NCBI GenBank assembly: GCA_951406725.2
Contig: OX597831.1
Location: forward strand, 2,480,001-2,544,000
Length of the DNA stretch: 64,000 nucleotides
Reading direction: 5' to 3'
From: Octopus vulgaris
Taxonomy: Eukaryota
The position numbers were made by a program, and so were the translations under genes. Within the stretch, counting starts at the first letter, position 1. The number at the start of each line of letters is the position of its first letter. The notes below the pieces were generated by a model. That model was not told the DNA's origin. It worked only from the letters and a program-made list of their open reading frames with translations, and searched no databases. Positions 51,869 through 64,000 of this stretch are shown in pieces.

Positions 51869-53582
51869 CTCATTCATAATGTTACAACAATAGACAATTC
51901 ATTATAGAACATTTATATAACAGATAAACTACAATGCTTAAAATTCAATATAGCATATACAATAAAGTCACATCAACCGCCACAGGTTAAGTGGGTTTTT
52001 TTTCCAGTAATCAATCCTTAATGTCTTTCATCTTGCCAACCATACACACGACTGACTGCCCCACCACATACTTTTGGATCTCTTTGTATTTTTATTGGAA
52101 GAGGAGTTTACTTGTACTAATAGTTTTGTATTTCGTATTAACAATGTCCTCGCTTCTCTCTAACACCAATATCATCACAGAATAGCATACAGCAGTGTAA
52201 TGTATGGCCTCAGAACAATCAGGCGAAAGTATCTGTGGAAGCTGAAAGACACCATCATAAAATGTGGTTTCAGAAGTATTAGTTGATGTATACAACAAGA
52301 GGGAAGAGAAGTTAGAGGCTTTTAAGAGAGGCCAAGTGCGAATTATGACAAGACAACAACCTACTGTAAGCAATAGACCAGATCAGTGAATGGCGCAATG
52401 CTCCAAGATGGAAGACACTATACTGGTAAAATAGTACTATAGGTAAAAATCATTAAAGCTAAGAAACAGGTCTACAAAGATTAAAGGGGATTAGTGAAGA
52501 TAAACAGGGTAATACCTATTTCTTTACTAACCCACAAGGGGTTAAACACAGAGGGGGCAAACAAGGACAGACAAATGGATTAAGTCAATTACATCGATCC
52601 CAGTGCGTAACTGGTACTTAATTTATCGACCCCAAAAGGATGAAAGGCAAAGTCGACTTCGGCAGAATTTGAACTCAGAACGTAACGGCAGACGAAATAT
52701 GGCTACGCATTTCGCCCGGCGTGCTAACGATTCTGCCAGCTCGCTACCATTAGTAGGAGAGGCTGGGAAGGTGAAAGGGGGGGGGTAAAGAGCAGAGTCA
52801 GAAAGGAACAGGGACGGTAAGCTAAGAAATGTTAGTATGAGTTTAAGGTACTTGCGAGGTGGTAGAAGGAATGAACAGGTAGAAGAAATTGACAATTGAG
52901 AAATTAGCGATGGAGAGACAAAAAGCTAAAGATGGCGAAAAAATGGAAAAATGATAAGCTGAAGCTGTATGGAGGGGCAAGGTTTTAATAGAGTACAGGA
53001 ACTCTGAGGAGGTCCTTCGAAATCCTTTTTTAACACTTTCGTTACTGCATTTATTTTGAGATGCTCTGTGTTTCTTTCAATTACTTTAAATATAACAAAG
53101 AATTTAGTAAAATAATTTAGTTATCATTAAGCTAGTGTTAGGAACATAAATTGTGACTAAGGTTTGGTGGAAGATTTTAATCGAAAACTTATGAAAACAA
53201 GACATTTGTATTCAGAACCAGAGCCGGTTTCAGCCAGGTTGGTAACGACCCCACCCATTACTTTTAAAGTTTAAAGGTTCAAAAGTTTGGATTAAAAAAA
53301 AAAAATTTCAAAACCTCCCCCGAGTTTCTTGGGGTAATACAGACACTACACTTTATCCCACGCCTTTCACCTTCCCAACTGCTCCTATTAAAGGCGTTAC
53401 CCTGTCGTCTATCTGCACAGCCACACCCTGTTGACTCAAACCAGCCATTTACATCAGATGCTCTCAATCAATATAATAATTATATGATTAGGCCAATTCC
53501 AAACAGAGGTTTTGTATAGCAATTCCACAGCCCTGATCCCAACACAGATCATAGTAATAAAGAATGACATTAGAATACTTAC

Positions 53583-53638
53583 GTTTTCCAATAATGGTAA
53601 ATATCATTTAGATTAGTTGCAGAACTCTTTGAGACAGG
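53583..53638 (-). CDS. NOLC1: Nopp140/NOLC1 internal exon (probably exon 2): PVSKSSATNLNDIYHYWK(T)
   Basis: Acceptor ttctatttcAG, donor GTAAGT, 56 nt, phase 0 to 2. The LxDIYxxW motif matches the N-terminal region of Nopp140 proteins. Splices in frame to the exon at 43591. Confidence 0.85.
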
Positions 53639-54095
53639 CTGAAATAGAATAAAACAGAAATGAACAACCACCATCCTATCAAGAAAAAAACTTACATCGG
53701 TGATCACAAAATATGCAAGAGTAAAAAATGGTAACGGAGAGAGAAGAGTCATTAACAGATAGACATAAATGAAATGAAAAGGAACTGATTTTTGAAAGAA
53801 AACCAAGTAAAACTACCATATCTGGAGGGGGAGGATGGAACTTCTCATATGTTTCTATGGAAACATTAGGCGTAGGAGTGGTTGTGTGGTAAGTAGCTAG
53901 GCGTAGGAGTGGCTGAATCGTAAGTAGCTTGCTTACGAACCACATGATTCTGGGTTCAGTCCCACTGCATGTCACCTTGGACCAGTGTCTTCTACTATAG
54001 CCTCAGGCTGACCAAAGCCTTGTGAGTGGATTTGGCAGACGGAAACTGAAAGAAGCCCGTCGTATATATGTATAACGATGATGATGATGATGATG

Positions 54096-54129
<34 letters not shown>

Positions 54130-56229
54130 GTATGTGTGAGTATGTTTGTGTTTGTCCCCCCAACATTGCTTGACAACTGATGCTGGTGTGTTTATGTCCC
54201 CGTAACTTAGCGGTTCGGCAAAAAAGATCGATAAAATAAGTACTAGGTTTACAAAGAATAAGTCCTGGGGTCGATTTGCTCGACTAAAGGCGGTGCTCCA
54301 GCATGGCCACAGTCAAATGACTGAAACAAGTAAAAGATTACTCTTCTATTATAATTCCACCCGCATCTAGGATTCTTTAACCCTTTATCATTTAAACTGA
54401 CCATAATATGCTACCCATTTTATGTTCAAACTAGCTAGATCTAGCCTATTACACCTGCCCTTCAATGCCATTATAAAATACACAATCCCATCATCAAAAT
54501 TTCAAAGCTACAAAATAATGCAGGATTAATTTATTCTTTTACTTGTTTCAGTCATTTGACTGCGGCCATGCTGGAGCACCGCCTTTAGTTGAACAAATCG
54601 ACCCCAGGACTTATTCTCTGTAAGCCTAGTATTTATTTTATCGCTCTTCTTTGTTGAACCGCTAAGTTACGGGAACGTAAACACACCAACATCAGTTGTC
54701 AAGCGATGGTGGGGGGACAAACACAGACACACACGACAGGCTTCTTTCAGTTTCCGTCTACCAAATCCACTTACAAGGCTTTGAAAGAAGCCTTTCGTGT
54801 GTGTGTGTGTGTATGTCCCCCCACCATCACTTGACAACTGATGTTGGTGTGTTTACGTTCCCATAACTTAGCAGTTCAACAAAGAAGATCAATAAAATAA
54901 GTACTAGGCTTACAAAGAATAGGTCCTGGGGTCGATTTGCTCGACTAAAGGCGGTGCTCCAGCATGGCCGCAGTCAAATGACTGAAGCAAGTAAAGGAGT
55001 AAAAGAGAGTATCTCACATATAAAGTGATTTTTACTTGAAGCATCATCTCCATGAGAACTGTGAGTGTGTGTGTGCATGTGTGTATATATACAGTGCATT
55101 TGTTTATAGTATGTATACACTGGAGGAAAATACAGAGGATACGGAATAGTAGCCAACTGGGAGAAGCTCCAACCAAACAGCTGCTGTCGCTATCTTTCTC
55201 CCAACCTACCACCACCATCATTATCATCATCATCATCATCATCAGACATAGCAACTCTCCATACTGCTAGTTTTCCTATTAAATGAACTAAGTCTATCAA
55301 GTTAGGGACATGTAAGCCAGGAGGGGAGTGGGGAGGGGGGGTGAGACAACATTAATGGAAATGATGGAAGTTCAGCCAGTACGAATGGGAGGATGCAGTT
55401 GTAAACAACACACAAGATATGGCGGGGTGGGGCGAGATGGGGGACACACAGACAGAGTTAGATAATACCACACTTCAAAAATTAACACTGACCGCCGCCA
55501 CCACCACCACCACTACCATTATCTTCAAGTTCCACAGCTGTCCCCATGGCAACAGCTACATATAAACACCAAGTTTAGAAACATTGACTTTATCTTTCGC
55601 TGGCTGCAATCATTAGACTGTGGCCATGCTGGGGCACCGCCTCGAGGAATCTTAGTCAAACTAATCGACCCCCAATACTTGTTTTCTTTTTAAGCCTGGT
55701 ACTTATTCTATCAGTCCCTTTTGCTGAACAGCTGAGACTAGAGTAGAAGACACTTGCCCAAGTGCCTTACAACGGGACTGAACCTGGGACCATGTGGCTG
55801 GGAAACAAACTACTTACTATACAGCCCCAATCTTTTCTCTTCAACAACTCCAAAACCATGGGAACTGTCAGGCTCGTACTATAAATACATTGCTTATAAT
55901 GACCATATTAAATATTTGGTAAAAATTCTTCACGGCAGTGCCCCAGCATGGCCGCAGTCTAATGAGTGAAACACCAACACCAGTTGCCAAGTGGTGGTTG
56001 GGGGACAAAAGCTTGTTTCAGTTACCATCTGCCAAATCCACTCAAAAGGCTTTGGTCGGCTTGAGGCTATGTAGAAGACACTTGCCCAAAGTGCCATGCA
56101 GTGAGATTGAACCCAGAACCATGTGGTTGAGAAGCAAACTTCATACCACACAGCCACACCAAGTATTTATTTACATCCATCTTCATTCTGAGTTCAAATC
56201 TTGCTATGGTCAAAGCTGTCACAGTAACT

Positions 56230-56576
56230 AATATTCTCTCCTCAGTTTGGAATATCTGGAACCACCATTGACACTGGCTTACACTTACTGTCCAACCCCC
56301 ATATACTGCATCTATATTCCTTACACTACCCATTGTGTTGTTGCCTTTGTTGAACTCATAAAGCAAAATATACCAAATATGCTCCTTTGTCACTTACATT
56401 ATAGCTTTGAAAATATAACTTAAAATTGAATTGCACTCTTCAAAACTTGCACTAAGAATAAGAAAAAAGGGAAAATTACCACCTTCTTTTATAGGTGATG
56501 CAGGTAGTTTATCCTGTCTTCCCGCCGACTTTTAGTTCATGCAAGTGAAAAAACTGCATTATTTATGGGATGACCC

Positions 56577-56580
<4 letters not shown>
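56230..56580 (-). mobile_element. Mariner 5' fragment
   Basis: TKEHIWYILLYEFNKGNN...SVRNIDAVYG...SVSQCQWWFQIF; terminus TATAGGGTCATCCCATAAATAATG with flanking TA. Confidence 0.7.
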
Positions 56581-56631
<51 letters not shown>

Positions 56632-57854
56632 CTTTGTATATCATTAGCATTTTTAACATCTACATTTCCAGGCTTGCATGGGTCAAATATAATTTTTTAC
56701 AACCATCATGTGATGTCTAGACAACAGTACACACAAACATATATTCTTTTATTCTTTTACTTGTTTCAGTCATTTGACTGCAGCCATGCTGGAGTACTGC
56801 ATTGAAGGAGTTTAGTCTAACAAATCGACCCCCACCCAAGACTTATTTTTTGGGCATAGTACTTATTCAATCAGTCTCTTGCTAAATCACTAAGTTATGG
56901 GGATGTAAACGCACCAACACCTACTGTCAAGCGGTGATGGGGGACGGGATTCAGACACACACTTATACATATACAATGGACTTCTTTCAGTTTCCATCTA
57001 CCAAATCCACTCAAAAGGCTTTAGTTAACCTTGGACTATAGTAGAAGACACTTGTCCAAGGTGCCACACAGTAGAATTGAACTCAAGACCACATGACTGT
57101 GAAGTTAAGAAACCTCAAAACCATGGCTGCACACACACACTGTATCATGTGTGTACAAATAGATATATAACCACAGCTGTTATGTTTGGAGCTCTACATA
57201 GAATATCATTATGTTCCAGTCTGCTTCCAGAATAGTAAAGTAACTATACTAAATAGTTATTACTAGTTATGAAGTACAGAGTAAATGTAGGTAAGAATAA
57301 GATAAACAGAAATTTATATTATTAGTTCCTATTTACATTTCAGCATCATTGGGTGTTCCAAGTGCATTGGGATGCTTAACCAGAACAGATCATAAGGGAA
57401 CAACTTATAAACCTGTTTATCTTAATTTCTCATTCATATATGTTCTCACTGCTTTCATGGATTCCCATGGCTCTTTGTCGCCATCCAATTCCATTATTAG
57501 GAATTTGAACTGGGAGTTTGAGTAATGGAGAATCTTTCATTAGCTGATTACACAACCATGGATGCCACCCTATGGATGTGTTGCAGTTACTCTTTTGATA
57601 GAGCCTGCTGATCTTGACCGTTGGTCTTCTAGGATTTCTCCATTCAACATCAATGTAAGAAGCACCATCGACTCAGTTGAGCTCTTCCACTACTTCTTCA
57701 CGATTCGCTATGCTGCAGTCCCATGACTTTGCTATACCTTTGGTACAGTGGTTGAATAGGTGCTATGTCTTGCCAAAGGGCAGCTTGTAACTATGCAGGG
57801 TACAGCTGTCACGATGTGAAGTATTTTCAAAATATACACATACTCATCTATAAG

Positions 57855-58267
57855 TGAAATCGAAATCAAATTCGATGACTGGCATCCGTGCTAGTGGAGT
57901 GCTAAGAGCACCATCTGAGCGTGATCGTTGCCAGAGCAACAAACTGGCTTCCGTACTGGTGGGACGTAAAAAGCACCATTTGAGGCGAGGTTGTTACTAG
58001 TGCCACTGGACTGGCTCCTGTGCAGATGGCACATAAAAAGCACCATTTGAGCATGGCTGTTGCCAGCACCGGCTGACTAGCCTTTGTGCCGGTGGCACGT
58101 AAAAGCACCCACGACACTCTCGGAGTAGTTGGCGTTAGGAAGGGCATCCAGCAGTAGAAACTCTGCCAGATCAGATTGGAGCCTGGTGCAGCCATCTGGT
58201 TCGCCAGACCTCAGTCAAATCGTCCAACCCATGCTAGCATGGAAAGCAGATGATGACGATGATGATG

Positions 58268-58268
<1 letters not shown>
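57855..58268 (+). mobile_element. Retroposon family C with internal GTGGCACGTAAAAAGCACC repeats and (GAT)n tail. Other copies near 13080-13705, 24118-24263, 29230-29665, 34008-34200, 35292-35590, 44990-45293, 49540-49832, 60760-61350
   Basis: Shared GGCGTTAGGAAGGGCATCCAGCTGTAGAAAC core and ...GGACGTTAAACGATGATGAT 3' end in many dispersed copies. A short tandem-repeat tail is typical of RTE-mobilised SINEs (inference). Confidence 0.75.
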
Positions 58269-58300
<32 letters not shown>

Positions 58301-61300
58301 AACATTTCAATCATTTATTACTTTTGTTTACTTGAAACAAGTCAACATTGCATTTACAGATTAGACAGTGCCTACATTCCAACAAAAAGAAGTAACTACC
58401 AAATATATCCATGATCAATATCTCACACTACTAATTTCCTTAAAGCCAAACCCAGAAGATACTCCTTTTAAAAACATACTCCAGTAAACAAGAAAAAATC
58501 AATATCTTAACATAGAAAAACAATGTGTAGAAAGGACAGCTTTGCAGATCAAAGTTAAATTAGTTTACAATATTAAAACAATACCCATCAGTGCATTAGT
58601 CTCGGTTCTAGCTCATTAAAATTTAACGACTTTCTAATCAGTAACTCCAAGTTGGAAACGATTTCTAAATCAGAGTGAAAAAAAATATATAATCTACATG
58701 AAAATCTGATGAAAAAAAAACTATGCATATTTTAAAAATGGATTTGTAATTATACTTCATCAGTAATCAATGTCTTCTGAATTCATGCATATATCATTGC
58801 TGCAACTGTTTATTACAACATAAACCAGTATTGAAGTCTACAATTACTGGAAGAACACTACAGCTGTATTAACCCAGTTGCAGCTACCTGATTATATAAG
58901 AATCTGACTAACATATCATCATAGAACATCTATTCTCCATGCTGGCATGGGTTCGACAGGAGCTGGCCAGGCTCCAATTACCTTTTGGCATGGATTCTAT
59001 GGCTGGATACCCTTCCTAATGCCAACCACTTTTACAGAATGTACTGGGTGCTTTTAACATGGCACTCCTACCTGTACTCTAAATTCCTTGCCAACTTTCA
59101 CCTTACTGATAGCATCCCTAACCATTCATTTATCCCAAGCTTCTGCATTGCCCACCAGATAAGGGAGTGGGGAACCCACTCAAAGGGCTTTCTCCATGTC
59201 AACAAAAGCCAAATACAAAGGTTTATTTTTGGCTAAATCTCTTGCAGAACTTCACTAAGAAGATAGCAGCAGTAGTACTTCTCCCTGGCACAAAACCAGA
59301 CTGCATCTCATCTAGGCTAACTCTCTTCTTAATTAAATGAGCCATGACCCATTCTGTAACTTTCATCACCTGGTCCAGTAATTTGGCAACATAAATAAAC
59401 ACATTTCTGTTATCATCATCATTGCTTTAATGTCCATTTTGTTTTAAGCAGATTTCTAAATCAGGATGCCCTTTCTCTTACAATGCTTCATGTTTCCAAG
59501 CAAGGTAATATTGCCCCTCGGAGCCAGACATCTTTCCACAGAATATTGCAAATGAATGACATTCATTTATGACTATCACGCAATGTCAAGACAACACACA
59601 CACACACACACATACATGATAGGCTTCTTTCAGTTTCCACCTACCAAATTCACTCACAAGGCTTTGCTTGGCTTGAGGCTTTATTTGAAGACACTTACCC
59701 AACATGCCATAAAGTAGGACTGAACCTGAAACCATGTAGTTAGGAAGCAAACCACACAGCTACACCATATAAAATTTGTTGCTAGTATAGGATAGTAAAT
59801 GGCAGAATTGGTAGCATGGTGACTAAAATATCTTGTGGTCAATTCACCTTAGGTCCTGAGTATAAACTCAGTCCAGGCTGACTTAACTTTTCATACATCC
59901 AAAGACCTTACAACAAGAACCAGCAGAGGACTAGGATCATTACAATTAACTATTGGTATGCCAGCATGGCCCAAAATCCAGTGACTAAGCCTAATAAAGG
60001 AGTAATTAGGTAATCTAAAGCCAATTAAAATTATTACTCAAGTAATGAATGCAGGTGTGGATGCATACTAAGAAGTTTGCTTCTCAACATGGTCCCCAGA
60101 TTCAGCCCCACTGTGTGGTACCAAAGATAAAGTGGTTTCTACAATAGCCCCGGGTTGACCAAAGCCCTATAAGTAGATTTGGTAGACAGAGACTAAAAGA
60201 AACCAACTGCATAGGCACATGTGTATGTGTAGGTTTGTGTTTCCTTATCTCGACATGGTACGATAGTTGTAGATGAGCGTTCTGCCATACAAGCAGTGTA
60301 ATTCACTCCCAGTATTCTGCAAAAATATGCATGGTTATGGGGAAATATTACTTTACTTAAAAATAGTAATCAAATGGTAGTTATTTTATTGACCCCAAAA
60401 GGATGAAAAGTGAATCCCATCGGGATTTGAATTCAGAATACGAAGGCAGACGACATGCCACTAAGCATTTTACCTGGTGCGCTAACGATTCTGCAATATC
60501 ATACCATTTACTGTAACTGAAAATAACACAAAACAGCTGGGTTGCCATATGTAGTCAAACAGCCTTATATGACCATGGGCTAAACAGGCCCATTTTATCC
60601 CTTTTATAATACACTGTTCATAAATTTAGAAGCAATCAGAGGGAGTTGGTCTGAGATCAGGTGAAATATGTCTTTGCATTCATGTTTTTTTTGTTGTGCT
60701 GACCAAAGCCTTGAGAGAAATTTGGCTGTGGAAACTCTATGGAAGCCACCGTGTGTCAGCATGGATGCATAAAAAGCACCCAGCACACTAGAGTAGCTGG
60801 TGTTAGGAAGGGCATCCAGCCATAGAAACCAAGCCAAAACAGCCAGTCGGAGCCAGGACAGCTCTCCAGTTCCTGTCAAACTTTTCAACCCATGCTAGTA
60901 TAGAAACAGATGTTAAACAATGATGATGATTTGGTCATTAGCATGAAGCCATGCTGGAGCATCAATTTGAACAATTTAGTCTTTTGTATTGATCCTAGTA
61001 CATTTCTTCCCCCTAAAAGTTTGGCACGATCTCAGGATGCTGAATCTTTCAGATCAGATGACCGAAATACCTGGCACCTTGCTGTACTCAAGAAGACCCG
61101 TCTTCTACAGCAGAAGTGTTAAGGTCACATCCCAGGTGAACAGGATTGGCCAACAAGAGTTCTGTGTTGGTTCCACAATAAAAGTACACGGCACACACTG
61201 TAGAGTGGTTGGTGTTAGGAAGGGCATCCAGCTGTAGAAACCAAGCCAAATAAGACTGAAACATGGTGTAACTCTCTGGCTTGCCAATTCTGGTCAAAAC

Positions 61301-64000
61301 ATCCAACCCATGCTAGTCTGGAAAACAGACATTAAAGGATGATGATGATGATGAACATGGTGAAGAGAGTTAGCAAAGAGTCAAGAGGATTGTAGTCTCG
61401 TTGAGACCATGACAATCTCTCTAGTGTTGGTACCATGATAAAATGTATCTGGTACAATTATAGTGTAGTTGATCTTAGAAAGGATACCCAGCTGTAGTAA
61501 CCACGTCAGAAACATGCACATGTAAAAAGTACTCCTTGACCTCTCCAGGAAGGCAGAAACTCCATCTAAGAAGTGGCTCAGACTGTGATGACCCATCTAA
61601 CACATACCAGCATGAAAATAATGGTCCAAATCATGTGTAATGTGCATAAATGACAAAGTAGCGGTAAACTAACAGAAACAAACAAGCATTGAGGAATCGT
61701 TATGGTAGGCAAATAAAAGCATTGCTTGAACATATGATGAATATGGAGGTTAAGAAGTTGGGTAGAAAAATGTCATAACTCTTTTCAGTATTCAGATAAT
61801 GCTATCAAATATTATGTTCATTTAATTACACTGTTTTTAATTAATCCTGCTTTATCTCATATCTTTGAGATTTTGATTGCTTATTTTTAGAACGGCATTG
61901 TAGGATAGGTGTGAGAAGCTGGATCTGGCTGGTTTGAACATAAGACAGGTAGAATATCTGAGTCAGATATGGCAGGCTTAACTTCTAAAGGGTTAAGGAT
62001 GCAAGTGAGAGAAGCCTAGGAGATAAGAGATAATGGATTTAAAGCAGATGAACACACTGGACAATGTAGTCTTAAGATGGTTGTATGGATGGAATGTTTT
62101 TAATCACAGGTCATCTCTATCATCCATGTTAGGGCTAAACAACAATTTTCGTATAGAGACATCTTACTGGCAATTTCGGGTAGTTAAGTCTGTTGTAGGT
62201 ATAGCAAAGGAGTGGGTGTACTGAGTAATTGTGGTGGCCACTACTAGACTCATACTAGTAATACGACAAAATTCTAGAAGCCTGTTGAGGTCTAAGGAAA
62301 GAAGACTGATGTTTTGGGCTACATGCTCTTTATCAAGAAGAAAAAAGCCTGTGTTGTGGTTGAAATCTACCCTGAACTTCTATTCCTCACTGTAATTTCA
62401 TTTATTTAAAACTACTATACTTCCTTTAGTAATGAGATAGCACAGTAGCATTTATGATTACTCCTTATACTGTAAGTGGATGGCATGTTTGTAGAGTTTT
62501 TAGAACACTGAATAGAGGACCTCTGTCCTGGTTCTCCAAGTGCTGCTGAGGGAATTCTTCTGGCATTGATAAAACCTGTCTACCTCAGCAAAACTGAGAT
62601 TGTGAAAGCACAGCGTCTCCATCTCCTCTCTCTCTCTTTCCTTATATATGCAAGATGCTCCCTTTCACCCTTGCATCCAATTTTTCTCATCACCTCTGCT
62701 GCTGCTGTAATTAAATATGAGCACAACTGCATAATTCACTAGCTTTACCCTGATACCACTTATCCTCCTTATGACCCAAGAACCATTTCACCTGTTTTTC
62801 ATTTCTTCATTCTTAATACAAACCTCTCCACCCACTTTCTCTCATCCTTCACATCTACTGTACCATCACCCTTCTTTTTCTGCATTGCCAGTCATTCCCT
62901 ACTCTCCGCACATCTCCCAAAAGTCATATGTATCATTGGTTACCTGTAGCCACTTATCCAGCCCTCAACTCTACCCAGTCTCTCAAGTTGTTACCTACCC
63001 TTTCACACTTATCTCATAACACCTGTCCTTCATTACAATCATCCCCTACTCCTATCTCTACCCACCCACACTCCCTGTTTGGTTCCCACTCACTTCTATT
63101 CACCTCATATGTTGAGGTTCCAACCTGATATCTCATCATGCTATTTTATTTCTTTCCAACTCCACCATGGCCACTCACATGATCTATAATCTGAGTGCAT
63201 GGCCAAGTAGCTCCCTTATAGCAAGAAATCCCTGCTCCGGTCCCTTTCTCTTTTACTTTAATCCATTATCTTCAAGCATAAAGCTGCATTCCTCTCTACA
63301 ATAGCCCTGCTCAGATGAAGGATATCTTAGACTTGCAAATTGTATGGTGACGCAGTGGCATCAAGAAGGGCATGTGAAGGAATGTGAATTTGTGGTCGGG
63401 GTGTTCGTTAACAATTTTATGATCGTACATATGATTCCCGACAGCACACTGAAGAAGACACTTTATTTCACATTGTTCTAGTCCACTCAGCTGGCAAAAA
63501 TGAGCTATCTTTGTCACATTCTGTGACACACTATCTCCAAGAACTACATTAAAGGCATGCGTATCTGTGGAATGTTCAGTCACTTGCATGTTAATTTCAT
63601 GAGCAGGCGGTTCTGTGGATCGGATCAACTGGAACCCTTGTCGTCACCCAGAGTGCCAGTTTAAAAAGAAGGACATCCAGGTGCAAAACCCATATCAAAG
63701 CAGATATTGGAGTACAATGCAGTCCCCAGACCAGTGGATCCTGTCAAACCCTCCAACCAATGCCAGCATGGGACATGGATATTAACCCTTTTGTTACTGT
63801 ATTTATTTTGAGATGCTCTGTATTTCTTTCAACTATTTTAAATATAACAAAAAATTTAGTAAAATAACTTAGATATCACTAAGACAGTGTTAGGAACATA
63901 AATTGTGACTAAGGTTTGGAAGATTTTAATTCAAAACTTATGAAAACAACACATCTGTACTACAGAGCCGGTTTCAACCGGACTGGTAATGAAAGGGTTA

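Noticed and set aside
57420-57830. Unique moderately GC-rich block as an exon or ncRNA
   Set aside because: No sustained open frame, splice pair or motif recognised; likely an old TE fragment.
53640-64000. NOLC1 first exon (LisH) and promoter
   Set aside because: No phase-0 exon with a LisH-like peptide found; it probably lies beyond the window.

Overview
Eukaryotic, AT-rich, repeat-dense genomic DNA. The SINE families and microsatellite load look like an octopus (coleoid cephalopod) genome; this is recognition from memory, not a database match. The one firm host gene is a minus-strand Nopp140/NOLC1. I could assemble five coding exons with consistent splice phases: 53638-53583, 43591-43499, a giant 3913-nt repeat exon at 40338-36426, 32500-32417 and 30856-30704. 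They give 1432 aa ending in an SRP40-type C-terminus (...VNSIKFD*). The first exon (LisH region) was not found and probably lies beyond base 64000. The left 23 kb may hold the 3' end of an unidentified plus-strand gene with several candidate alternative terminal exons (low to moderate confidence). The rest is tRNA-derived SINEs, TTAA MITEs, simple repeats, and remnants of Helitron, Penelope-like, RTE, R4/Dong, L1/Tx1, CR1, Tigger, mariner, hAT and piggyBac elements. Most notable: (i) an inverted pair of type I hammerhead-ribozyme motifs with full catalytic cores in a NOLC1 intron, one in the pre-mRNA sense, plus other hammerhead-like motifs; (ii) a Treacle-sized Nopp140 with almost all repeats in one exon; (iii) the possible cassette of alternative C-terminal exons; (iv) a near-intact GC-rich RTE fragment. 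Most ORFs in the supplied track are microsatellite or SINE artefacts. Repeat boundaries are approximate.
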